Assembly: GCF_004010195.1 (NCBI RefSeq)
Contig: NC_057711.1
Coordinates: 79,208,866-79,272,865 of the forward strand
DNA from: Chiloscyllium plagiosum
Lineage: Eukaryota
Length of the DNA stretch: 64,000 nucleotides
Reading direction: 5' to 3'
This document shows positions 25,201-37,003 of the stretch, piece by piece (the first letter of the stretch is position 1; each line of letters opens with the position of its first letter). Under the pieces are notes generated by a model. The model worked only from the letters and a program-made list of their open reading frames with translations. It was not told the DNA's origin and searched no databases. Position numbers and translations under genes: made by a program.

Positions 25201-26047
25201 GAAATGCTGATATGGAATCATACCTTCCATGTTCAGCAAGGTTTCAAAATAGTCATCCAGGGACTATCTCTGAACTAAAATAGTTCTCTCATGTTTGGGA
25301 CAAAATCGTAGGGAGTACATTTTTATATGAAAGATCAACATGCAACACCATTCATTTCAGATTATTCTTTTTGGTTTTACTTTTAAATATTTCTTCTTTT
25401 ACCGAGTTTTTAATACCTTTGCTTAACATATAAGTACATGAATTAGTAGAAGGATTCAGCCCATCTAAATATCCACTCTGCTATGTAACAAAGTCATGGT
25501 TGAACTATTGTAGCTGTAGCTGAACTTTTCCTTATATGCCCAATAATCATTGACTACTATTGTTGGTTAAGAATTTGTCTACCTTGCCTCAAACTATTTA
25601 ATGGCTCTGCCTCCATCCCTCTCAAGACAAGAGTGTTCTAAAGATTCACAACCCTTTGAGAGAGAAAGAAAACATCCTCTGTGCCTTTGTTCTAAATGGG
25701 TAATACCTTATTTTCACATTGCGATCCTAGTTCTTGTCTCTCGAAGAAAGGGGAACATCCTTTTAAGCATTCAACAAGTCAAGTACCATCAAAATCCTGT
25801 AAGTTTCATTAATTTCACCCCTTATTCCTCTAAACACTCATGGATATAGGACTAGCCTGTCCAAGTTTTCTTCATAAGCTAATATCTGACCTTCCATTTC
25901 AGATACCAGTCAAAATAAACTCTCAGAAATACTTCTCATATGCTTTTACATGCCTTCTTATCTAAGAAGAGCAAAACTGTACATTTACATGCTTTCTGAT
26001 GTAAGGAGAGCAAAAATGTACATAATACACCAGATATGGCCTCAACA

Positions 26048-26242
26048 GTTTCCTCCGGGTGCTCCGGTTTCTTCCCACAGTCCAAAGATGTGCAGGTCAG
26101 CTGAATTGGCCATGCTAAATTGCCCATAGTATTAGGTGCATTAGTCAGAGGGATATGGGTCTGGATGGGTTACTCTTCGGAGGGTCAGTGTGGACTGGTT
26201 GGGCCGAAGGGCCTGTAGGGAATCTAATCTAATCTAATCTAA
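26048..26242 (+). mobile_element. HE1 V-SINE, 5'-truncated
   Basis: V-domain GTTTCCTCCGGGTGCTCCGGTTTCTTCCCACAGTCCAAAGATGTGCAGG; HER1-like tail GGGCCGAAGGGCCTG; (AATCT)n end. Confidence 0.9.
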
Positions 26243-26892
26243 ACACTGCTCTGAACAACTGTCGCACTGCACATCTGGTATACCACTCATCACATGATGC
26301 CAAACCAAAAACGAGTCATTAATGCCCACCCCCGCTTCATTTTAAACATCAAATCCTCTATCCATGTTAATATGTTACGCCCAAAACACGAGCTCTTATT
26401 TTGCACAGTAACATTTGATGAGACATCTTGTGAAATGCCTTCTGAAAAACTAAGTACATACACTGCTTCCACTTTACCTATAGTTACTTGCTACTTCCTC
26501 AAAGACCTCTAATAAATTAGTGAAATGTGAATTCCTTTTCACAAAACCATGTTAATTCTGCCTGATTGTGTTAAAGTTTTCTAAGTGCCCTGCTATATTC
26601 TCCATAATAATAGAATCCAGCACTTTCCCTTTGAGAAATGTTAGCTCATTGGTCTGTAGTTTCCTGATTTCTGTCTCTGTCTCTTTGAAAAGAAGAATCA
26701 AGTTCACCATTTTCCACTCTGATAGGACATTTCCAGAATCTAGATAATTTTGGAATATTAAATTAATGTATCCATTATCCCAGCAATCACTTCTTTTAAC
26801 ACCAAAGATGAAATTCTTTAAAGCTATGAGATTTGTCAGATTTCAGTTCCAACATTTATCTTAATACTTTTTTCCCTGATGATTGTAATTAA

Positions 26893-27235
26893 TTCATTCA
26901 TAGAATCTCTGCAGTGCAGAAAGAGGCCTTTCAGTCTATCAAGTCCACATTGATGAGCTGATGAGCATCCCACCCAGCTCCCCACCCTAACCCTGTATTT
27001 ATTATGGCTGACCCATCCAGCCTGCACGTCCCTGGACACTACAGGGAAATTTAACATGATCAATCAACCTAACTATCTTTGGACTGTGGGACGAAACTGG
27101 AGCACACACAGGAAACCCACACAGACAGAGGGACAATGTGCAAACTCCACACAGACTGTTGCCCGTGACTGGAACCAAACCTGGGTCGCTGGTGCTTTGA
27201 GGCAACAGTGCTAACCACTGAGCCACTGTGCCACC
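26893..27235 (-). mobile_element. HE1 V-SINE, full length
   Basis: Minus GGTGGCACAGTGGCTCAGTGGTTAGCACTG tRNA head, V-domain, CR1-like tail. Confidence 0.9.
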
Positions 27236-28679
27236 TATTAATTTTAAAGGTACTTGCTCCCATTCACATTCTGATTTACAACTATTTCTGAAATGTCATT
27301 TGCATCTTCTACAATAATACTTACTCTTCACCTTTTTAAACACAATCATTTACTGTCTGCATTTTTATTTCAAACTGGCCTTCTATCATACTCTAATTTC
27401 ACTCTCCTTTTTAATCCTTTAGTCGTTCTTGTTGTTCTTTATATTCTGTTAAACCTTCTGACCTGCCATCATCAGACTTTGAATATTCTCATTCCAATTT
27501 TATCAGTAATTCTGTTATTCCCACCTTTGAATACATTTGACACTCAACCTATGGTGGATGAACAATTATTTCCATATTTCAGTAAGTGTACTGGTGTGAA
27601 ATAATTTGCTTGTAATGAATGTTATCTCATGTAATTTGTAGAAATTTTGTAGAATGTCAATAACAGCAATGATTGTATCATTTTTCTTAGATACTCAACA
27701 AAGCAGGGAAGATAGTTTTCAGAAAAACATGGTAGCAAAAGATAAGTTTAAGCTATTAAGAAATAAAATTGAATTTATTTAGTGCTTTATCACGTCAAGG
27801 AAACATTTCAAAATGCTTCAGCTCGTGAATTTATTTTTGGATTGTCGTTGTTGTTGCCATGTGGGTATTTACGAAAGGGAAGCGTTATGACAACAACAAA
27901 AAACAAAGAAAATAGACCTTTATATTCAACGGGATGTGTTCCATGCAATAGGGCTCTTGAGTCATATGACTTGCAAATGTTCCTGTTCTGTGTACCTGAC
28001 AGATACTTCTGCTTACTTTAGGATGCCTTTCTTTAGGATGCCTTATACTTGTGAAGTCAGTTAACTTTAGTTCCCCTGGATAGAAACCCAAATGTCAAGT
28101 ATTTTCATAGTTATGCCTTTGATTGACACAGTAAAGAAAAGAGAAGATGTGACTCACAATGGAAGAATAATAGGTTCACACTAAATCCTTTCTAAGTTGA
28201 AGGTCCCCAAACATTTAAAGGTTGTGTTCATTTGATTAGATTTTTCCAGAGAGAATTAAAGAAAATTGAAGCATGAATAAATGGTGCAACTCCTAATGAT
28301 TATCATACAATGAAAGTGTGCTGGGACAGGAACAATAACTTACAATTCTGTAGGATTTCTGCATCAATGACCATCTTGGAGCACTTTACAAAGGGTCGGG
28401 TGGATATTCATCAGGAAGTGAATAAATCTTAAGTGCATATCCTCAAATATGTGCCACAACGTATAGTACAACAGGGACACAGCATACTTCAGTAAAAGAA
28501 CCAAGGCAGAGAGATTTCAGCCATCTTGAGTTTCAAGGGAGCAATGTGACAGAGGATGGCCTCTACTTTAGTGCTAGAAGTATTATGGATAAGACAGATG
28601 AGTCAAAGACATGGAATAACATGTGGAATTGGATAATGCTACCATCACAAAGACATGGTACAAGACTGGTAACGCAACT

Positions 28680-29617
28680 TTCCAGAGCATTTACAAATTC
28701 ATTAAGCACAAAAGGGTAACTAGGGAGAGAATAGGGCCCCTCAAAGATCAGCAAGCCAGCCGATGTGAGGAGCCGCAGGAGATGGAGGGGAGATACTAAA
28801 CAAGTACATTGCATCAGTGTTTACAGAGGAGGAGGTGCTGGATGTCTTGAAATGGATAAATCCTCAGAGTACAATGAGATCTTGATCAGATGGGCCAATG
28901 GGTTGAGGAGTGGTAGATGGAGTGCAGGTTCATATTTCCTTGAAAGTAGAGTCGCAGGTAGATAGGATAGTGAAGAAGGCGTTTGGTATGCTTTCCTTTA
29001 TTCATCAGAGTATTGAATATAGGAGTTGGGAGGTCATGTTGCAGCTGTACAGGACATTGGTTAGGCCACTTTGAAATGTTGTATGCATTCTGGTCTCCTT
29101 CCTATCGGAAGGATGTTCTGAAACTTGAAAGGAGTCAGAAAAGATTTACAAGGATGTTGCCAGGGTTAGAGGATTTGAGCTGTAGGGAGAGGCTGAATAG
29201 GCTGGGGTTGTTTTCCCTGGAATGTCGGGGGCTGAGGGGTGACCTTATAGAGGCTTATAAAATCACGAGGGGCATGGAGAGGATAAATAGAGAAAGTCTT
29301 TTCCCTGGGGTGGGGGAGTCCAGACTGGAGGGCATAGGTTTAGGGTGAGAGGGGAATGATACAAAAGGGACCTAGGGGGCAACATTTTCACAAAGATGGT
29401 GGTGCATGTATGGAATGAGCTGCCAGAGAAAGTGGTGGAGGTTAGTACAATTGCAGTATTTAAAAGGCATCTGGATGGGTATATGAATAGAAAGTGTCTA
29501 GAAGGATGTGGGTCAAGTGCTGGCAAATGGGTCAAGGTTAGGTTAGGATATCTAGTCAGCATGGACGAGTTAGATCGAAGGGTCTGTTTCCATGCTGTAC
29601 TTCGATATGACTCTATA
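28680..29617 (+). mobile_element. HER1/CR1 LINE with multiple internal deletions
   Basis: Collinear with 12425-14020 but skips the RT core; C-terminal FWSPSYRKDVLKLERSQKRFTRMLPGL; tail ATGACTCTAT. Confidence 0.9.
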
Positions 29618-30102
29618 GGATCCTCAGGCAGGACAAGGGATGGTGTAAAGAGGAAATTATGTTGCATTATGAACTAAAAGATCAGTTACTGCAGTAAGGA
29701 GGGGTGATAGATTAGAATGGCCTTCAAATGAAGTGTTGTGCATAGAGTTGAAGGAGAAAGGAGGGCAGTTACATTGCTAGGAAGGTATTATAGGCTCTCA
29801 AATACTCAACAGGCAATGGAGGAGCAGACAGGTAGTTAGTTCACTGAGGTATGTAAGTGTTATATTAGGGGATTTCAACTTCCCTAAATTTAGTTGGGGG
29901 AGTCATTGTGTGGGGGTTTAGAGGATGCAGATCCATAAGTCCAGCTGAGCTATTTTCAAGGCTGCTGTCAGAGACAAGAACATAATTACAGGGGTTCTTA
30001 TGCAAGTTTTTAATTCCTCTCTGATCATATGCAGAAGTGCTAGAAGATTGATGGACAATTAATACCATCCCATTTTTCAAGACAGGTGGTCAAGACAAAT
30101 CA

Positions 30103-30310
30103 AAGTTAAAAATCACACAACACCAGGTTATAGTCCAATAGGTTTAATTGGAAGCACACTAGCTTTCGGAGCGTCGCTCCTTCATCAGGTGATAGTGAAG
30201 GAGCGATGCTCCGAAAGCTAGTGTGCTTCCAATTAAACCTGTTGGACTATAATCTGGTGTTGTGTGATTTTTAACTTTGTACACCCCAGTCCAACATCAG
30301 CATCTCCAAA
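30103..30310. mobile_element. Fold-back Penelope-like element (family A), young
   Basis: ~80-bp near-perfect inverted arms (AAGTTAAAAATCACACAACACCAGG...TTCA / TGAAGG...TTTTTAACTT); TSD TCAAGA(C/T)AAATCA at 30090-30102 and 30311-30323. Confidence 0.88.
30157..30191 (-). ncRNA. Minimal hammerhead ribozyme motif, intact
   Basis: Minus: CAC-CTGATGA-A-GGAGC-GAC-GCTCC-GAA-AGCT-A-GTG; stem I CAC/GTG, 5-bp stem II, palindromic AGCT stem III. Confidence 0.8.
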
Positions 30311-30412
30311 TCAAGATAAATCAGGGAATTGTAGAACCAGTGAATCTCACATCAGTGGTAGGGAAACTGTTGGCATGTTGTGGTTCTGTTCGCCGAGCTG
30401 GAAGCTTTTGTT

Positions 30413-30452
30413 GCAAACGTTTCATCCCCTGGTTAGGCGACATCATCAGTGC
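30413..30452 (-). ncRNA. Hammerhead ribozyme motif (family B, left arm)
   Basis: Minus GCA-CTGATGA-T-GTCGCC-TAACCA-GGGGAT-GAA-ACGT-T-TGC; stem II imperfect. Confidence 0.6.
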
Positions 30453-31173
30453 TTGGGAGCCTCCTGCGAAGCGCTTCATTGATGTTTCCTCCGGTGTTTG
30501 TAGTGGTCTGTCCCTGCCGCTTCCGGTTGTCAGTTTCAGCTGTCCGCTGTAGTGGTTGGTATATTGGGTCCAGGTCGATGTGTTTGTTGATGGAGTTTGT
30601 GGATGAATGCCATGCCTCTAGGAATTCCCTGGCTGTCCTCTGTCTGGCTTGCCCTATGATAGCAGTGTTGTCCCAGTCAAATTCATGTTGCTTGTTGTCT
30701 GCATGTGTGGCTACTAAGGATAGCTGGTCGTGTCATTTCGTGTTCCATTTATATCGTTTATTGATTTATCTCACTGGGTTTCAACCTCATTAAATGATCA
30801 CCAGCTAAGTACTTTGCCCATCATTGCTGGACTACCATCAATCCCTTTAATGAAACCTGCAAGTGTTGCCTTCCCTACAATGGTGTTGTAAAGTATCATA
30901 CTTCATCATTTAACTTTTTGTTAAAGCAGATGTACAAATGTACCCTGATAACACGATGGATCCAGATTTCCTGCTGTAATTATTACTGTGGAAGGATTGA
31001 AGCAAGGCCATATGGGCAGCTGGGATTTTGACCAAATTGCTGACAGATTGATGACAATGACATTTCTGGTGGAAAACAGCGGACAGCTGAAACTGACAAC
31101 AGGAAGCGGCAGGGACAGACCACTATAAACACTGGAGGAAACATCAAAGAAGCGCTTCGCAGGAGGCTCCCAA

Positions 31174-31213
31174 GCACTGATGATGTCGCCTAGCCAGGGG
31201 ATGAAACGTTTGC
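31174..31213 (+). ncRNA. Hammerhead ribozyme motif (family B, right arm)
   Basis: GCA-CTGATGA-T-GTCGCC-TAGCCA-GGGGAT-GAA-ACGT-T-TGC; stem I GCA/TGC. Confidence 0.6.
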
Positions 31214-31308
31214 AACAAAAACTTCCAGCTCGGCGAACAGAACCACAACAACGAGCACCCGAGCTACAAATCTTCGCACAAACTTTGAAAACTGTTGGCT
31301 TTTTGAGC

Positions 31309-31575
31309 CATAGAATCCCTACAGTGTGGAAGCAGGCCATTCAGCCCACACCGATCCCTTGAGGAGCATCCCACACAAGCCCCATGGCTAATCCAGCAAC
31401 CTGCTCGTCTTAGGGCTGTGAGAGGAAACCGGAACACCTGGAAGAAACCCATACAGACACTGGGAGAATGTACAAATCCCACGCAGACTTTGTACATTGT
31501 GCTTGAGGGTGGAATCAAACCCAGGTCCCTTGCACTGTAAGGCGGCACTGCTAACGACTGAGATAATGTGCCAGC
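31309..31575 (-). mobile_element. HE1 V-SINE (diverged)
   Basis: Antisense tail CATAGAATCCCTACAGTGTGGAAGCAGGCCATTCAGCCC; GGAATCAAACCCAGGTCCC B-box. Confidence 0.85.
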
Positions 31576-31888
31576 CAGAATCTGAAGGAAAAATGTTACC
31601 TCCATTTGGACAGGCTTCGTCAGGTAGCCAGCATGATTTTGACAGAGGAAGTATTGTCTAATAAATCTGATTGGATTTTTTAAGGAAGTGACCAGGTGTG
31701 TAGATGAGGTAATGCAGTTGATGTTGTTTTTATGGATTTCAGCAAAGCCTTTGGCAAGACTGACAAAAAAAGTTAAATCACATGGGATCCAGAGTAATTT
31801 GACAAGTTGGATCCAAAACCAGTCTAGAGGTTCGAGAGAATTTTATAGTAGATAGCTGTTTGTATGACTGGAAGCTTACTACTATAAA

Positions 31889-32156
31889 GATTAGATTACT
31901 TACAGTGTGGAAACAGGCCTTTGGCCCAACAAGTCCACACCAACCTGCCGAAGCGCAACCCACCCAGACCCATTCCCCTACACCTAACACTACGGGCAAT
32001 TTAGCATGGCCAATTCACCTAACCTGCACATTTTTGGACTGTGGGAGGAAACCCACGTGGACAATGTGCAAACTCCACGCAGTCAGTCGACTGAGGTGGG
32101 AATTGAACCCGGGTCTCTGGCACTGTGAGGTAGCAGTGCTAGCCACTGTGCCACCC
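31889..32156 (-). mobile_element. HE1 V-SINE
   Basis: GATTAGATTACTTACAGTGTGGAAACAGGCC tail through AGCCACTGTGCCACCC head. Confidence 0.9.
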
Positions 32157-32535
32157 AGTATATATAAACAATATGGAAGAGAATGTGGAGTGATAATCAG
32201 TAAGCACAAAGATTGGCTGGATATTTAACAGTGAGGAAAAAGGCCTTAGGCTACAGGAGGATCTAGACTGATGGGCAGATAAGTGCAAGATGGAATTTAA
32301 CCCTGATAATTACATGGTGATACACTTTGGAAGGAGGATCAAGACAAGGGAGTACTTAATGGATGTCAGGAAGGTCAGAGGTACAGTGGGATCTTAGGGT
32401 GCTTGTCCACTGATCCCTGAAGGTGGCAGGACAGGTTAATAGGGTAGTTAAGACTGCAAATAGGACACTTGCCTTTATCAGTCATGGCATAGATTGTAAG
32501 AACAAGGAGGTTATGTTGGAGCTATACATTTACAT

Positions 32536-32781
32536 CACTTAGTTCAGTGGTGCTCAAGTCTCCTGGTGTGGATGCCGGCTATACGGTGTTTTGGACCCTC
32601 TGGCTGGGGAACCTCACCTCCTCCCTCAATTGGACTTTGAAGAGTGGTGTGTATTCTTGGCTGCCTTCCAAAAGACTGCACATGTCAGCACATATCTGAA
32701 CAATATGAGGTCTGAATTATCTGAAGATTCAAAAGGCATAAGATCCTACCCACTATCTTTATTCAATCTAATATTTCATAA
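32536..32781. repeat. Inverted copy of 34669-34903 inserted in the old CR1
   Basis: e.g. ATGAGGTCTGAATTATCTGAAGATTCAAAAGGCATA vs reverse complement of TATGCCTTTTGAATCTTAAGATAATTCAGACCTCAC. Confidence 0.85.
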
Positions 32782-33711
32782 ACCTGTTGTGTGCAGTCCT
32801 GGTGACCACACTACAGGAAGGATGTGACTGCAAGGAGATTCACCGGGATGTTGCCTTGGATGGAGCACTTTATGTTAAGGAGAGAGATTGGAAATGCTTG
32901 GGTTGTTTTCTTGCGAGCAAAGAAGGCTGAGAGGTGATGTGATTGAGCTGTATAAGATTATGAGGGAAATGGTCAGTGAGGATAGAAGTAGCTATCCTTA
33001 GGTGAAGTGTCAATAAAATAGAGATATCATTTTAAGGTGAAAGGCAGGAGGTTAAAAGGGGATTTGAGGCAAACTTTTCTTGCCCAGAGATTGGTGGGAA
33101 TCTGAAATACGCTGCTCGAGAGAATAGTTCAGCCAAGAAACCTTACAAGCTTTAAAAAGTGTTTGAGTGAACGTTTGAACTGTCATAGTATTCAAGGCTG
33201 TGGGCCAAGAGCTGGAAAGTGGGAGCATTGTGGATTGAATGTACATTGGACAGTGCAGGCTCGATGGGTCGAAGGGCGTCTTCTATATGAACATCCTGAA
33301 TTACATGGTCTGGAGGCTGAATAAAGCGGAGAATAAAAAATTGGTTGGTGAGGGTGTTGGAAGGGTGGGTAGTTTATAATATTGGTTAATTAACCACCAC
33401 AGCTGTGAGGATGATTGATATGTTAATAACAGCAATAGATGTGGCCAATAGGTCTAACAGAGACATGAGCAATCATACTGCTGGGAATATTCTGTAGACC
33501 CTACTAGGCTGGTGGAGTTACAAGAACAAATATGATGACAAATTGTCAACCCATACAAAATGACTACTAATGATAAGGGATTTCAACTAACCTTACAATT
33601 AAATGGGAAAAGATCATTTTAAAAGGTACAAATGATGCAGAGTTCTTAAAATGTATTCAGAAGAACATTTTAGACAATAGCAAGCCCAAGATGAGAAAGA
33701 ACAGTAAAAAA

Positions 33712-34150
33712 AATCAAAATACCGTGGATGCTGGAAATCTGAAATAAAAATGAAAGGTGCTGAAAAAACTCAATAGTTTTGGTAGTCTGTGGAGAAACAA
33801 AATTAATGTTTTGATTTGAATCTGGTGATTCTTTAGGACTGAAGGATTGTAGAAATAGATTTATGTAATTGAAAAGAAGGAAAGGGAGGATGAAAAGCAA
33901 AAGGGAAGTTCTGGGATAGGGCAAATGGTGGAGAGATTAAATGACAAAGATGCTATGGAACAAAAGGGAATTAAATGGTAATAGATATAATAAAGAAGCA
34001 AAACATTTGTCCAGTGAATGTAATTGCCAGAAAAAAACATGATAAAACAGGTTCAAACCAATATTTGGCAAAGCAAAACAAGAAGCAAAATATATTAAAA
34101 GCGTTCATGGTCTGAAATTATTGAACTCTGTTAGAATACAGACAATTGTA
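33712..34150 (-). mobile_element. Old Penelope-like element terminal region
   Basis: GGATGCTGGAAATCTGAAATAAAAATGAAAGGTGCTGAAAAAACTCA start, related to 39530 and 55150 copies. Confidence 0.55.
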
Positions 34151-35161
34151 TGGTGTCTGACATGTTCATAATAATGGTTTAATGATCAATTGCTCATCAG
34201 GGATTAATTAACTCTGAGCTATTTTATTTAAAACAGTAAAATATATTTTAAGTTGTGAAGCAGACAGTATAGCAAAACAACTCATTTCTATGTGTCTAAT
34301 TTGCAGACTAAAGAGAACTAACTGGCAAGCAGAGTCACAACACTGTGTACACACAATACATGGAGTCCTTAAAGTTGAAGGCTGTTAAAGGAAAGCCACA
34401 CACGCTACAATATCTAATCAGAAGATGTGATACTCTTTCTCATGCTTGCATTGAACTTCAATGGAATACTATAGCAGACAAAATAACGATTGAATAGAAA
34501 TTATATTTAAATAACCAACCTTTCTCTAAATTATCCCAGGCTCCACAGTCAAATTATCAATTACTTTGAAGATGAAAATTCTCAAATTTTTTCAGACACA
34601 AACACAGACCCAGTCACAGTGCTGGTTAAGATTCAGGCCAGAATGTGGCCATTCTAGTTGAGGAGCACTTATGAAATATTAGACTGGATAAGGATAGTGG
34701 GTAGGAACGTATGCCTTTTGAATCTTAAGATAATTCAGACCTCACATAGTTCAGATATGTGCTGATAGGCGAACTCTTTTGGAAGGTAGCCAAAGAACAG
34801 ACACCTCTGTTCAAAGTCCAACTGAGAGTGGAGGTGAGGTTCCCCAGCCAGATCGTAGAACTGGCATTCGCACCAGGAGACTTTAGCAGCGCTGAGCCAA
34901 GTGGGAAATCATTAATGTGTCTAAAATCAGAAATGGCCTTGGAAACCTGCTCAGAAACATCTCCATAAGAACAGTCACGGCCCACACTGCAGCCTCTGCA
35001 TTCACATGACTCATTAATGGGTTCAATGAGACAAAAGGTTTCTGACCCCTGACCTGTCACCTCAAGGCTGCCTCCATGTTACTGCAAGCCTCCCAGGGAG
35101 CAGTCTGATTCTGGGAAAATCTCAATGGCATCTACATCTGTCCAAATGTAGGTGCTTACTC

Positions 35162-35298
35162 AGAATCATAGAATCCCTACAGTGTGGAAGCAGGTCAATT
35201 GGCCCATCAAGTCCAATTGACCCTCCAAGAAGTATCCCACCCAGACCCACCCCCCGTCCCTATCCCTGTAATCCTGCACTTCTCTTGGCTAATCCACG
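35162..35298 (-). mobile_element. HE1 SINE 3' fragment
   Basis: AGAATCATAGAATCCCTACAGTGTGGAAGCAGG...CCCACCCAGACCC. Confidence 0.8.
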
Positions 35299-35884
35299 TT
35301 GTTTGTACTTGGTCCTAATTAGATACTTTGTACTATTTGAAGGCGAGCTGCTGCTGAGTAGAGACCAGCTCTGGCAAGCGTACTTGGAGTTGGGAACACA
35401 GGGAGAAGATGATGCTTGATGCACAACTTTTACAATATTCCACTGACATCACCTCCAAAGCCATCTCTGTGAGCTTGGGAAGATTCCACTTAGTCAGTGA
35501 GGAACTATTAATGTCTTTAACAGTTTTGAAAGTAGTTACATTACCAACAGGGATTAAATGTATCTCAGGTTGCTACGAGAAATGAGGAAAGAAATTGTGC
35601 AACCTCTGACCATCCTTTGACTTGTGGATGCTAAAATTCCAATCCTTTCCATTCCAATGCCATTCCAATCCTTTGACTTGTGGATGCTAAAACCATAACT
35701 GTTGTTTAATAAGGGAAGAAACGATAAAGTTCATAAAAATGCAAGTGCACTCTCAATGGTGAGGAAATTCTTGGAAGACATTCTAAAGGAAAGCTTTTTA
35801 AAAACTTCATCCATGAAACATGGGATTCACTGGTTGGGCATCATTCATTGCTGATCCTTTAACTGTTCTTAAGAAATGAGCAGC

Positions 35885-36088
35885 CTGAGGTAATGGTGGA
35901 GGCGAGTACAATTTTGTTATTTATGCAACATTTGGACAGATACATGGATGGGATAGGTATGGAGGGATTTGAACCAAGTGCAGATAAATGGGACTTGTTT
36001 AATTATGAAAACTGATCGGCATGAGCAAGTTGGGCTGAAGGGCCTGTTTCCATGCTGTAAACCTCTATGATTAGATGATTCTATGATT
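35885..36088 (+). mobile_element. HER1/CR1 3' end
   Basis: CATTTGGACAGATACATGGATGGG...GGGCTGAAGGGCCTGTTTCCATGCTG; ATGATT-type tail. Confidence 0.8.
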
Positions 36089-36670
36089 CAATGAAGATGG
36101 TGGTCAGCTGTTCCCTGAACCATTGCAGTCCATGTGTCACCAGTCAGGGATGCTCACAGAGCTGTTTGGGAGGGAATTCCAAGATTTTGACCTAGTGACA
36201 TTGAATGAATGGTGATGCACATCCAAATCAGGATGGGGACTGGCATGAGGAGGAACTTGCAAGCACTTGTGTTCCCATGTATCTGCATAAAGCATCATTT
36301 AGAAAGACACAAATTAATCAAAGCTAGTTAGAAAAGCTTTCTTATGGGAAAAACTCATTTTGATAGTTTTTTTGTTATGCTAACAAGAGGGTGTTGATGG
36401 AAGAAGTCTAGATGGATTTTAACAAGACATTTGACAAGGTCCAAACTGGAAGACTGTTCAGCAAAAAGCTCATGTGTTTCAAGGGAAAGTGGAAAGTGTC
36501 AGCAGGGAGATAAAATGCACTGATTAAATCACATCTAAAATGCAGCGCACATTTCTAGTTATGGCACTGCAGGAAGGAAGTAATTGCACTAAAGAGGGTG
36601 CAGAGGAGATTTATGAGCATATTGCCATAAATAGAGAATTTCCACAGTGAAGAAAGCTTAGGAAATGTGG

Positions 36671-37003
36671 GAATCATAGAATTCCTGCAGTGTGGAAACA
36701 GGGCCTTTGGCCCAACAAGTTCACACCAACCCTCTGAACAGTCGCCCACCCAGACCCATTATCTTATATTTACCTCTGATCTATGCACCTAACTGACATA
36801 TCCCTGAACACGATGGTCAGTTTAGAATGGCCAATTCACCTAACCTCCACATCTTTAGATTGTGGGAGGAAAACGGAGCAAACCCACACAAACACGGGGA
36901 GAATGGGCAAACTCCACGCAGACAGTCACCTGAGGCTGGAATCAAACCCGGGTCCCTGGCGCTGTAAGGCAGCAGTGCTAACCACTAAGCCACTGTGCTG
37001 CCC
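36671..37003 (-). mobile_element. HE1 V-SINE, full length, inserted in an old CR1 (about 35540-37430)
   Basis: Tail GAATCATAGAATTCCTGCAGTGTGGAAACAGGG, V-domain, head GCAGTGCTAACCACTAAGCCACTGTGCTGCCC. Confidence 0.9.

Larger units (their letters stand above)
25425..27350 (-). mobile_element. Degraded CR1 LINE carrying two HE1 SINE insertions
   Basis: ATTCACAACCCTTTGAGAGAGAAAG, AAATGCCTTCTGAAAA, CACAAAACCATGTT antisense RT remnants. Confidence 0.7.
30375..31288. mobile_element. Penelope-like element (family B): inverted 3' arms around an unrelated insert
   Basis: 30376-30550 is the reverse complement of ~31076-31251; minus 30740-30450 encodes HDQLSLVATHADNKQHEFDWDNTAIIGQARQRTAREFLEAWHS (PLE GIY-YIG endonuclease C-terminal pattern); TSD AAACTGTTGGC at 30364-30374 and 31289-31299. 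Confidence 0.85.
29640..33290 (+). mobile_element. Old CR1 LINE (endonuclease to 3' end) hosting five later insertions
   Basis: ILGDFNFP-like endonuclease motif ~29860, TSVVGKLL ~30350, MDFSKAF ~31735, C-terminal and 3' UTR remnants to GGGTCGAAGGGC ~33270. Confidence 0.75.

Noticed and set aside
30264..31605. Cluster of overlapping ORFs sharing CCGSVRRAGSFCCKRF
   Set aside because: Antisense readings of the two inverted Penelope arms, not a gene family
26893..37003. tRNA genes suggested by A and B boxes
   Set aside because: They are HE1 SINE heads continuing into V-domain and LINE-like tails
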